DNA from: Eledone cirrhosa
Lineage: Eukaryota
Assembly: GCA_964016885.1 (NCBI GenBank)
Contig: OZ024742.1
Coordinates: 358,236,001 to 358,300,000 of the forward strand
DNA length: 64,000 nt
Direction of reading: 5' to 3'
Position numbers and translations under genes: made by a program
The notes under the pieces: generated by a model
The model's input: the letters and a program-made list of their open reading frames with translations, nothing else
Told to the model about the DNA's origin: nothing
The model's database searches: none
In this document: positions 30,001 to 40,014 of the stretch, in pieces
Layout: every line of letters starts with the position of its first letter
Position numbering within the stretch: position 1 is the first letter of the stretch

Positions 30001-33000
30001 TGTGTAATGTTGTAAATGATACCTTTATCTGAGTCACCAGTCTTGACTTGCCTCTCTAACTATTGTGTAATGCTGTAAATGATACCTTAATATGACTCAC
30101 CAGTCTTGACTTGCCTCTCTAACTATGGTGTAATGTTGTAAATGATACCTTGATCTGACTCACCAGTCTTGACTTGCCTCTCTCACTATTGTGTAATATT
30201 GTAAATGATACCTTGATCTGACTCACCAGTCTTGACTTGCCTCTCTAACTATTGTGTAATGCTGCAAATGATACCTTGATCTGACTCCCCAGTCTTGACT
30301 TGCCTCTCTAACTATTTGTGTAATGCTGTAAATGATACCTTGATCTGACTCACCAGTCTTGACTTGCCTCTCTAACTATGGTGTAATGTTGTAAATTATA
30401 CCTTTATCTGACTCAACAGTCTTGACTTGCCTCTCTAACTATTGTGTAATGCTGCAAATGATACCTTGATCTGATTCACCAGTCTTGAGTTGCCAGTCTA
30501 AATATTGTGTAATGCTGCAAATGATACCTTGATCTGACTCACCAGTCTTGACTTGCCTCTCTAACTATTGTGTAATGCTGCAAATGATACCTTGATCTGA
30601 TTCACCAGTCTTGAGTTGCCAGTCTAAATATTGTGTAATGCTGTAAATGATATCTTGATCTGACTCACCAGTCTTGACTTGCCTCTGTAACTATTGTGTA
30701 ATGTTGTAAATGATACCTTGATCTGACTCACCAGTCTTGACTTGCCTCTCTAAATATTGTGTAATGCTGTAAATGAGACCTTGATCTGACTCACCGTTCT
30801 AGACTTACCTCTCTCGCTATTGCGTGATGTTGTAAATGATAACTTGATCTGACTCACCAGTCTTGACTTGCCTCTTTAACTATTGTGTAATGTTGTAAAT
30901 CATACCTTGATCTGACTCACCAGTCTTAACTTGCCTCTCTAACTATTGTGGAATGCTGAAAATGATACCTTCATCTGACTCACCAGTCTTGACTTGCCTC
31001 TCTAACTATTTGTGTAATGCTGTAAATGATACCTTGATCTGACTCACCAGTCTCGACTTGCCTCTCTAACTATGGTGTAATGTTGTAAATGTTACCTTGA
31101 TCTGAATCACCAGTCTTGACTTGCCTCTCTAACTATTGTGGAATGCTGAAAATGATACCTTCATCTGACTCACCAGTCTTGACTTGCCTCTCTAACTATT
31201 GTGTAATGCTGTAAATGATAACTTAATATGACTCACCAGTCTTGACTTGCCTCTCTAACTATTGTATAATGCTGCAAATGATACCATGATCTCACTTACC
31301 ACTCTTGACTTGCCTCTCTAACTATGGTGTAATGTTGTAAATGATACCTTTATCCGACTCAACAGTCTTGACTTGCCTCTCTAACTATTGTGTAATGCTG
31401 CAAATGATACCTTGATCTGACTCACCAGTCTTGAGTTGCCAGTCTAAATATTGTGTAATGCTGCATCTGATACCTTGATCTGACTCACCAGTCTTGACTT
31501 GCCTCTTTGACTATTGTGGAATGTTGTAAATGATACCTTGATCTGACTGACCAGTCTTGACTTGCATCTCTTACTATTGTGTAATGTTGTAAATGATACC
31601 TTGATCTGACTCACCAGTCTTGACTTGCCTCTCTAACTATTGTGTAATGCTGCAAATGATACCTTGATCTGACTCCCCAGTCTTGACTTGCCTCTCTGAC
31701 TATTGTGGAATGCTGAAAATGATACCTTCATCTGACTCACCAGTCTTGACTTGCCTCTCTAACTATTGTGAAATGTTGTTAATGATACCTTGATCTGACT
31801 CACCAGTCTTGACTTGCCTCTCTAACTATTGTGTAATGCTGTAAATGATACCTTAGTATGACTCACCAGTCTTGACTTGCCTCTCTAACTATGGTGTAAT
31901 GTTGTAAATGATACCTTGATCTGACTCACCAGTCTTGACTTGCCTCTCTAACTATTGTGTAATGCTGCAAATGATAACTTGATCTGACTGATCAGTCTTA
32001 ACTTGCCACTCTAACTATTGTGTAATGCTGCAAATGATGCCTTGATTTGACTCACCAGTCTTGTCTTGCCTCTCAAACTATCGTGTAATGTTGTAAATGA
32101 TACCATGATCTGACTTACCACTCTTGACTTGCCTCTCTAACTATGGTGTAATGTTTTAAATGATACCTTGATCTGACTCACCAGTCTTGACTTGCCTCTC
32201 TAACTGTTGTGTAGTGCTGCAAATGATACCTTGATCTGACTCACCAGTCTTGAGTTGCCAGTCTAAATATTGTGTAATGCTGCAAATGATACCTTGATCT
32301 GACTCACCAGTCTTGACTTGCCCCTCTAACTATTATGTAATGTTGTAAATGTTACCTTGATCTGAATCACAAGTCTTGACTTGCCTCTCTAACTATTGTG
32401 TAATTTTGTAAATGATACCTTGATCTGAGCCACCAGTCTTGACTTGCCTCACTAACTATCGTGTAATGCTGAAAATTATACCTTGATCTGACTCACCTGT
32501 CTTGACTTGCCTCTCTAACTATCGTGTAACGTTATAAATGATACCTTCTTCTGACTCACCAGTCTTGACTTGCCTCTCTAACTATGGTGTAATGCCGCAA
32601 ATGATACCTTTATCTGACTCACCAGTCTTGACTTGCCTCTCTAACTATTGTGTAATGCTGCAAATGATACCTTGATCTGACATATCAGTCTTGACTTGCC
32701 TTTCTAACTATTATGTAATGTTGTAAATGATACTTTGTTCTGACTCACCAGTCTTGACTTGCCTCTCTAACTATTGTGTAATGTTGTAAATGATACCTTG
32801 ATCTGACTCACCAGTCTTGACTTGCCTTTCTAACTATTGTGTAATGTTTTAAATGATACCTTTATCTGACTCACGTATCTTGACTTGCCTCTCTAACTAT
32901 TGTGTAATGCCGCAAATGATACCTTTATCTGACTCACCAGTCTTGACTTGCCTCTCTAACTATTGTGTAATGCTGCAAATGATACCTTGATCTGACATAT

Positions 33001-33660
33001 CAGTCTTGACTTGCCTTTCTAACTATTATGTAATGTTGTAAATGATACTTTGTTCTGACTCACCAGTCTTGACTTGCCTCTCTAACTATTGTGTAATGTT
33101 GTAAATGATACCTTGATCTGACTCACCAGTCTTGACTTGCCTTTCTAACTATTGTGTAATGTTTTAAATGATACCTTTATCTGACTCACGTATCTTGACT
33201 TGCCTCTCTAACTATTGTGTAATGCTGCAACTGATACCTTGATCTGACTCACCAGTCTTGAGTTGCCTCTCTAACTATTGTGTAATGCTACAAATGATAC
33301 CTTGATCTGACTCACCAGTCTTGACTTGCCTCTCTAACTCTTGTGTAATGCTGCAAATGATACCTTGATCTGACTCACCAGTCTTGACTTACCTCTCTAA
33401 CTATTGTGTAATGCTGCAAATGATACCTTGATCTGACTCACCAGTCTTGACTTGCCTCTCTAACTATTTGTGTAATGCTGTAAATGATACCTTGATCTGA
33501 CTCACCAGTCTTGAATTGCCTCTCTAACTATTGTGTAATGTTGTAAATGATACCTTGATCTGACTCACCAGTCTTGAGTTGCCTCTCTAACTATTGTGTA
33601 ATGTTGTAAATGATACCTTGATCTGACTCACCAGTCTTGACTTGCCTCTCTAACTATTGT
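1..33660. repeat. 63-bp tandem satellite, about 534 monomers, truncated by the window start
   Basis: Consensus ACCAGTCTTGACTTGCCTCTCTAACTATTGTGTAATGTTGTAAATGATACCTTGATCTGACTC repeats head-to-tail, shifting 3 nt per 60-nt line. Occasional 64-bp (TATTTGTG) and 62-bp monomers occur. The consensus has stops in all six frames. Confidence 0.99.
6850..10920. repeat. 30-mer higher-order repeat within the satellite (period 1891 bp, about 2.1 copies)
   Basis: The rare variant TAGCTATTGG starts at 6921, 8812 and 10703 (spacing 1891 = 30x63+1). The intervening variant order is repeated. Confidence 0.9.
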
Positions 33661-33744
33661 ACATATGTCATATGACAACAAGAAGAAAGTGTTAATATAT
33701 AATTTTCTGAATACTAGAGGCAATATATATTGAGGTGACATTCA

Positions 33745-33850
33745 CAAAATTCTAGATTTGATTCTACTGCAAGGCATCTTGGGCAAGTGTCTATTTCCCA
33801 TTGAGTTTCACCTGTGTATAAAACTGTGTAGAAATTGTGTGAAGTCTGCT
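33745..33850 (+). mobile_element. Degraded tRNA-derived SINE fragment
   Basis: GATTTGATTCTACTGCAAGGCATCTTGGGCAAGTGTCT resembles a B box followed by the CTTGGGCAAGT CORE-like segment. Recognised from memory only. Confidence 0.4.
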
Positions 33851-34043
33851 ACTCTTGGGTCCCAAATATGTGGGGGGGGGGATTAGTGGGGGGATTGCAT
33901 AAGCAGGGAGGGTGTCTGGAAAATTGAAAATTTTTCTAGATTGTCTTCTGTGAGAATTAGTTATTTAGTTTACATATTGAGACAGCAAAACATCCTATTT
34001 ATTTTACAATGTATGGTATTTCTAGTAATGTACTTTTTGTCAG

Positions 34044-34115
34044 AATCCTCTGACAAGCCTTCCAGAAAGTCCTATCAGAAACAACCATCTTCATATGATC
34101 CAGCTGGGTCTCCAG
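34044..34115 (+). CDS. Candidate 72-bp internal coding exon (phase 1-1) of an unidentified host gene, peptide xSSDKPSRKSYQKQPSSYDPAGSP
   Basis: Acceptor TACTTTTTGTCAG (34031-34043) and donor CAG|GTAAGA (GT at 34116). Length is a multiple of 3, the frame is open, and GC is higher than in the flanks. Product not recognised. Confidence 0.65.
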
Positions 34116-34367
34116 GTAAGACTAACCAAGATTATGGATATTAACAAACCATTTTGGATATTGGAATAATTACCTTTGCTTCTTGATATGCTCTCTATTG
34201 TTAACAATCCATTTATGTATTAAGGTTGTGAGCTACTGTCACTCAAATATAGAGCAAGAAATGTTATGTGCCTTGCTCAGTGGTCTATCAAGATGGGTGT
34301 AGGTTGGTTTTAATTCACCTCTGGTGTCATTAGTGCAGCATCTTAACTTTACAGCTATTATCATCAT

Positions 34368-34435
34368 CATCACAACCAACACCACCACCATCATCGTCAT
34401 TTAATGTCTGGTTCTCCTCATAGCAAGGGCTGGAC
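34368..34435 (-). mobile_element. Degraded RTE-type 3' tail
   Basis: (CAT/CAC)n followed by CATTTAATGTCTGGTTCTCCTCATAGCAAGGG, a decayed version of the tail CATCGTTTAACGTCCATCTTCCACGCTAGCATGG seen at 35113 and 47770. Confidence 0.5.
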
Positions 34436-34799
34436 TATTGAGCTTCATTATAATCAGTATAATTAATATAGACATGACTGAAAGGTTCCTAAAGTAATAT
34501 TGAAATTCTGATAATATTAAAATCCTTGAGGCGTTGATATGTTACAGGTATAGCTGCCATATGCACAGATTATGTTCCTATATAATTCAGTTAGACGACC
34601 ATAAGAGGAATAAAGTGATATGGATATCAAACCTTTGAACTAGATATGAGAGTTCCTTGACAATTCTCTAGAAATTCAGAATACAATACAAATACACAAA
34701 AGTATCGTTGAGTAGATATTTAACTAGAACTTGGTAAAAATGACATCCAATAATAGACAACAGGTCAGATGCCTACCTGCTACTAGTACCACTAGTAAC

Positions 34800-35105
34800 T
34801 CAGGACAATCTGTTTCATGGTTGAATGGTTGGTGACGTAACTGGCTCCCCCACCAGACACTTGTCTGGTAAGGAGAGTAAGTTGAACCCCAGCAGCACAA
34901 AAAAAAAATGAGCTATTTGTATGGCAGATGAATGCCTCAAAGTCAACACCCCATCCACCACAACTACATGTTAAATAGCCTCATCAATCTGCAATTGATC
35001 AAGTGTGGTGAATATAGGTACATCCCTGACATAACTGAAACCAAACAGAAAGCAGTGGTCAACTAAAGAGAGATTCCTCCAACAGGAGTGAGAAGGTCTT
35101 GGATT
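34800..35105 (+). mobile_element. Probable LINE 5'-UTR relic; its last about 125 bp recur at 35796-35921
   Basis: 34817-34880 resembles 59887-59948. 34980-35105 aligns with 35796-35921 (shared AAACCAAACAGAAAGCAGTGGTCA and GATTCCTCCAACAGGAGTGAGAAGG). Confidence 0.45.
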
Positions 35106-35112
35106 GGATATA

Positions 35113-35641
35113 CATCATCATCATCGTTTAACGTCCATCTTCCACGCTAGCATGGTTTAGACGGTTTTGTTCCATTTGATGCGGGAATGATCGGGAGACC
35201 GTGTGCCGCTTGCACGGAAGCGTCTCTGGCAGGTTTTCTTTTACAGCTGGATGCCCTTCCTAACATCAACCACATTTACAGTGTGGACTGGGAGCCTTTT
35301 CACTGTGTCTCCTACACAACCACCCTACAGTGTGGAGACTGTTGCGTCATCGACATAGTGGACAGAATGGGAGAGGGTGGATGGGGGTAGGGTGTGAGGG
35401 CGGGATGTACATTGGGTTAAGAGGTGCCTACTGAATGTATGTTTGTATGCAATGGCAGCCAGGTCTTCTGTACAAATGCATGGTACCAAAGGCCTTGCTC
35501 CAGTGTCATTTTCTTAGAGAGGTGTAGGTGAGCAACGTCAGTTTTTATCACCTCATCCCAGGTTTTTCTTGGTCTACCCACTCTGCAGCTTCTATCAATT
35601 TTCATTGCTCTGCACTTTTTTATACAGCTGTCCCCCTTCAT
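35113..35641 (-). mobile_element. 5'-truncated RTE-clade LINE (C-terminus plus 3' UTR)
   Basis: ORF 35417-35641 contains DSCIKKCRAMKI..GRPRKTW, matching the C-termini of the long RTE copies. It has a (GAT)n tail, and its 5' end abuts (TA)n. Confidence 0.9.
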
Positions 35642-35657
35642 ATATATATATATATAT

Positions 35658-35785
35658 CATCATCATCACCACCAATTAAACTCCATTTTCCATGTTATCA
35701 TGGGTTGAGGCAAGTCAAGGTCAAATGACCATGTCTTGCTTATACAGAACTGATTCTAACTTGTGTTCTTCGACTGGATTCCCTA
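35658..35785 (-). mobile_element. Degraded RTE 3' tail
   Basis: (CAT)n..CCATTTTCCATGTTATCATGGGTT..GTCTTGCTTATACAGAACTGATTCT, similar to 44131-44280 and 57483-57630. Confidence 0.7.
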
Positions 35786-36031
35786 TAAATATATACTCAT
35801 CAGCCTGTAGTTGGCCAAGTCTGGTGAATATGGGTACACCCCTAACATGACTAAAACCAAACAGAAAGCAGTGGTCAGCAAAGCAGGGATTCCTCCAACA
35901 GGAGTGAGAAGGCATTGGATTATATTGAAATAAATGACAAATTTGGGGTCAGCACTTGACCCTTACTGTCTTAAGCAGATAAGAAACAAATTTGTAATGG
36001 GGTGACTTACTGATTAAGTTAGTTCTTCAGT

Positions 36032-36175
36032 GAAGGCACATGGCTTAGTGGTTAGAGCATTGGGCTTTTAATTAAAAGGTTGTGAGTTCAATTCTCGGAC
36101 CAGGTGATGTGTCGTTTCCTTGAGCAAGACACTTTATTTCACGTTGCTCCAGTTTACTCAGCTGTAGAAATGAGA
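36032..36175 (+). mobile_element. tRNA-derived CORE-type SINE
   Basis: Pol III A box TGGCTTAGTGG (36041-36051) and B box GAGTTCAATTC (36084-36094). These are followed by CCTTGAGCAAGACACTT..CCAGTTTACTCAGCTGTAGAAATG, similar to the CORE domain. Confidence 0.8.
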
Positions 36176-36448
36176 TGATAGGACTGGGGTCCCTATCATT
36201 AAATCACACAAGACACCTCCGAGAAGATATACCATGGAGGAGGCCAGCTAAACCTGCATAGGTGTGAGCTGTCACACACACACAAAAAGCTCTCCACAGC
36301 CAAGTGAAATGTGGTAACGTAGAAGCCAGTTCAGAAGGAGAGCATCTACAGTAGGTTTGAAGTTACAAAGTATTAGCTGGTTGTTCAGCATTGGAATCTA
36401 AATTCTAAAACCAGAATCTAATGTTATGTTTAGATGTTAACGTCCATG

Positions 36449-36600
36449 AGGCAGCATCTTGGCTGAGTTGTTAGAACATCAGAATTATTTGAGCTATTTG
36501 TTGCAGCTCTCTGCACTCTGAGTTTAAATTTCACTGAGGTCAATTTTGTATTTCAACCTCCTCAGATCAATACTAAAAGAACAAGTCCAATACTGAGCAC
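36449..36600 (+). mobile_element. Degraded tRNA-derived SINE of a second family
   Basis: TGGCTGAGTTGTTAG..CTGAGTTTAAATTTCACTGAGGTCAATTTTG resembles an abundant octopus SINE (CTGAGTTCAAATTCCGCCGAGGTCGACTTTG), from memory. Confidence 0.55.
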
Positions 36601-38090
36601 TATTCTTTATCCATTTCTCTTTATGCTTCTCTGGAAATAATAGACTGTGTCAGGTGTGGAGAGAGAAGAGCTCCACTATGTTTAAGATACCCAAGAAATG
36701 CTGTATGTCATAACAGTACCCCTATGGAGGTCCATGCATACATATCTTCATGACAATATTTCTTTAACACAATCTATGTATTCTCACATGAACATCAATC
36801 ACTTCACAAACCAATCTTATAAATGATATTCTTTTAACAGTTTTTACTTTTCTTACTACCCTCAAAGACAATGTTGTCTCCCTTTTCCAACCAGAGTAAT
36901 ATCTATATAATTGGTTTTTCTCTATATACGTTTGTCATTTCTTGACAACTTAATGTTGAAACATAGCTCTACTTCCCATTGCAATTATCTAAAGGATCAA
37001 ACAAGACTATATTAACATCTTCTCAAATACTGTTATTCACCTCATCATCATCTTACACCAGTTTACATACATTTCTCTATATATAGTTTGATTCAAGTAA
37101 ATTATTTCTAAACGGTCTTAAACTCTCAATTTGTTATTTTACTGACATTCAATTTTCTCTAGCTTCTCTGTTTGTTTGATATGTACAGTTGATTTGAAAG
37201 TAAATATCTTTCTTACAAAGCAATGACCTCTTCTGCTTTTATTGACTAAAACATTAGTAATATATATTATAACTGATTCCTTTACTTTCTTTGTTTTTCT
37301 CTTTTACAAACATAGAGAGCTTTGAAGAATAGAGAAGCTAGGAAGAGACAACACTGTAGATAGTGCAATAGCCATTTTGTTGCCATAGCAAAGCATATAT
37401 CAATGTGATGAGGTTTGTGATGATTGCCATTAACACTGTTATGGTGTTGACATTGCACAGTTAATATAAACACACCTAATTCTAAGTGTCATCATGTATG
37501 GCCTAGAAATAGAGATATGGCAGAAAGATGAAAGGAGCATCATACTTATTTTGGTATTGAATACCTACAGCCATGGAAATGATTCAAAATAGATATTTGC
37601 TTTCACCATAACACAATTAAAAATGTCGTTGAATTCAAATAAGCATTAGTGAAACGCTAACATTTGCTTAAATCTGCCTTTGTTCTTTAAAAAAAAAAAA
37701 ACATCATACACCGCATGAAAATATAGGGAAAGTTTTTTTTATTTTGTTTCATTTCATCTTCGTTTTTCTTAACTAATCAATATGTGTAGAAAATCTAATG
37801 AAATAATGTGTCTGTGTGTGAGAACAGTTGTGGTAGACATCAGTACCACAATGATACAAACACAGTGTTGGAGAACACTCTCTTGTCTACTGAAGTTCAG
37901 ATGCAAGCTGCCTCATGGGCCCAGTGAACGGAATGGAGAAAGCGTTACTCTGAAGGAAAGCAAAGAAGATGCATTGAAATAGCCATTCCAACTCATGGGG
38001 CTCACTTCTACGGATGGCCAAGTTTGGTTTTTTATACAAGAGTTAATTCTTTATAGATCCACCTAAGTTGTTGCTACATTTTAAGACAGC

Positions 38091-38229
38091 TTCTAATGTA
38101 TACTGCCAAGCTACATGATACTGTTTCTAATGTATACTGCCAAGCTACATGCTACTGTTTCTAATGTATACTGCCAAGCTACATGATACTGTTTCTAATG
38201 TATACTGCCAAGCTACATGATATTGTTTC
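38091..38229. repeat. 34-bp minisatellite, 4 copies
   Basis: TTCTAATGTATACTGCCAAGCTACATGATACTGT repeated with near identity. Confidence 0.97.
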
Positions 38230-39211
38230 AAGGGAAGTCTAACGTAAATGTAAATCGTAATGTCTTCCACACATTTTCTATTTGACAAAACCTTCATTAT
38301 TTGCAGTGTTTCTATCGTGAAGCTGTAAACTAAATCAGGATCTCATCTTTATTTCTGCAATGAACAGAAATGAATTATTCATATCTTCATTTCTCTCTAA
38401 CTAATCTAACTTCATTTACATTGGAAGTTAAACAGACAGTTTCTCTAAAACTTCATTTCACATTGTTGTCTGATTTTTGTTTTTGCTCTACAGCCTGGCA
38501 GAAAACAGAGCCTAATCTGGCATTGATATATTCTAATTTCGGTTGACATCTTAGAACGGTAAACACATAGCTAATATTAATCTGTTTTTGATGCTCTCAC
38601 ACCAAATGCAGATTTGGAATATAGTTAATTTTATCTGCAATAAACTTACATTATAAAGCCATTGTTAATACAGAGGAGTTGATAAAATGGGAATTTTTAT
38701 TATTATTCTTTTGATTAACATAACAGAATTGGGGTGTTTTTGCTATTTTATTTTATTTTACCTAATGTATTTTCAGGAGCAATAACACAAATAATGATGG
38801 TTCTATGTTGCTGTATCTAGTTGCTATTTACTATCATATGTTTGGCTTTAGAATAATTTATTTCTGACTCCCTTCTTTTTGGAAACACTGTAATGATAAA
38901 TGATCATGAATGTTGTCTTTCCCTCACTGGCTAAGCCATGAAAAATAAGCAAATTCTACTCTTTTCATCCAAGAGCTTGTGTTGGCATTGACAAAGATTA
39001 AATTACTTGTGTGTTTCCAGTTCAGTGAGATATTCTATTCTCAATTATTCTCTGCTTGTTCTTATATCATTTCTGAAGATTAATCCCTCCAGTTTTACTG
39101 CGTATCAGGTTTTGAGCTGAGGTATTCAAATTTGTGAAATATCTATTAATTGTACAGCAGGCTGCTTAGTTCAGTGAAATAAACTTTCTTGTTTTATCTA
39201 TTTGGGACTAG

Positions 39212-39562
39212 GACCACTTTAAAGTGTGGGCTGGATGCTTTTTGTTGCGACACCTACATAACCACTTTACAGTGAGTACTGGGTACTTTATGTCGTGACA
39301 CCTACATGACCACCTAACAGTGTGGGCTGAGTGCTTTTTGTTGTGACACCTACATGACCCCTTTACAGTGAGTACTGGGTGCTTTTTGATATGACACCTA
39401 CACAACCACCTAACAGTGTGGTCAGGGTGTTTTTTGTCGTGACACCTAGATGACCACTTTACAGTGTGGTCAGAGTGCTTTTTGTTGTGACACCTACATG
39501 ATCACTTTATAGTGTGGACTGGGTGATTTTTGTTGTGACACCTACATGACCACTTTACAGTG
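39212..39562. repeat. 48-bp minisatellite, about 7.3 copies, derived from the RTE 3'-UTR internal repeat
   Basis: Unit GACCACTTTACAGTGTGGGCTGGGTGCTTTTTGTTGTGACACCTACAT. The same motif occurs 2-3 times at 44296-44402 and 57648-57755. Confidence 0.93.
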
Positions 39563-40014
39563 TATATTCTTTGATTTCTATTATAAACTAACAAGTTCAT
39601 ATCTAAAGATAAATCAAAGTTACAACATCAAACAAAAGAATATCTTTAGAAAATATTAACTGGTGACATAATGTTAATAGTGACATCTCCTCTAGTTAAT
39701 GGAATGACACCTTACCAACCAATGACCAACACTGCACTCTCTATAATTCACAGACATAACTTCTAATATGTCAGTACCTATAGCTGTTAATAAATACTAT
39801 ATATAGCTATAACTCACAAATATAGATTGTGAAGTTACTACTTAAAGAAGGATTAGTTCATTAACTCTGAATGTTCTGTAATAACTGAGAAGAAAAACAT
39901 ATAGAGAGTTTCTTACTTCAAATGTTCAAGGTATCATTACATGTGGACATTTGCACCATTTGATTAAAACATTGATTTTTAAAGAGATGCAATCATATTA
40001 CTGCTTTGTAATAT

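Noticed and set aside
1-33660. CRISPR array or giant repeat-protein gene
   Set aside because: There are no unique spacers and the context is eukaryotic. The consensus has stops in all six frames and there are scattered 1-bp indels. ORF 6227-6418 exists only because adjacent monomers lost one TAG.
1-33660. Satellite-encoded hammerhead on the minus strand (CTGATGA and GAAA appear in some variants)
   Set aside because: The consensus is CTGGTGA and GCAA, the two variants are usually in different monomers, and no stems I-III can be formed.
33871-33912. G-rich run with G-quadruplex potential near the satellite end
   Set aside because: Short low-complexity G tracts are common and nothing here supports a function.
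35707-35719. 13-nt match (GAGGCAAGTCAAG) between an RTE tail and the satellite minus strand
   Set aside because: The match is too short, is absent from the other RTE tails, and does not extend.
36032-36105. tRNA gene
   Set aside because: A and B boxes are present, but there is no clean cloverleaf and the sequence continues into a CORE-like SINE body.
38494-38820. Exons after acceptor-like sites at 38493 and 38776
   Set aside because: All frames hit stops quickly and no convincing donor matches; cannot be supported without RNA data.
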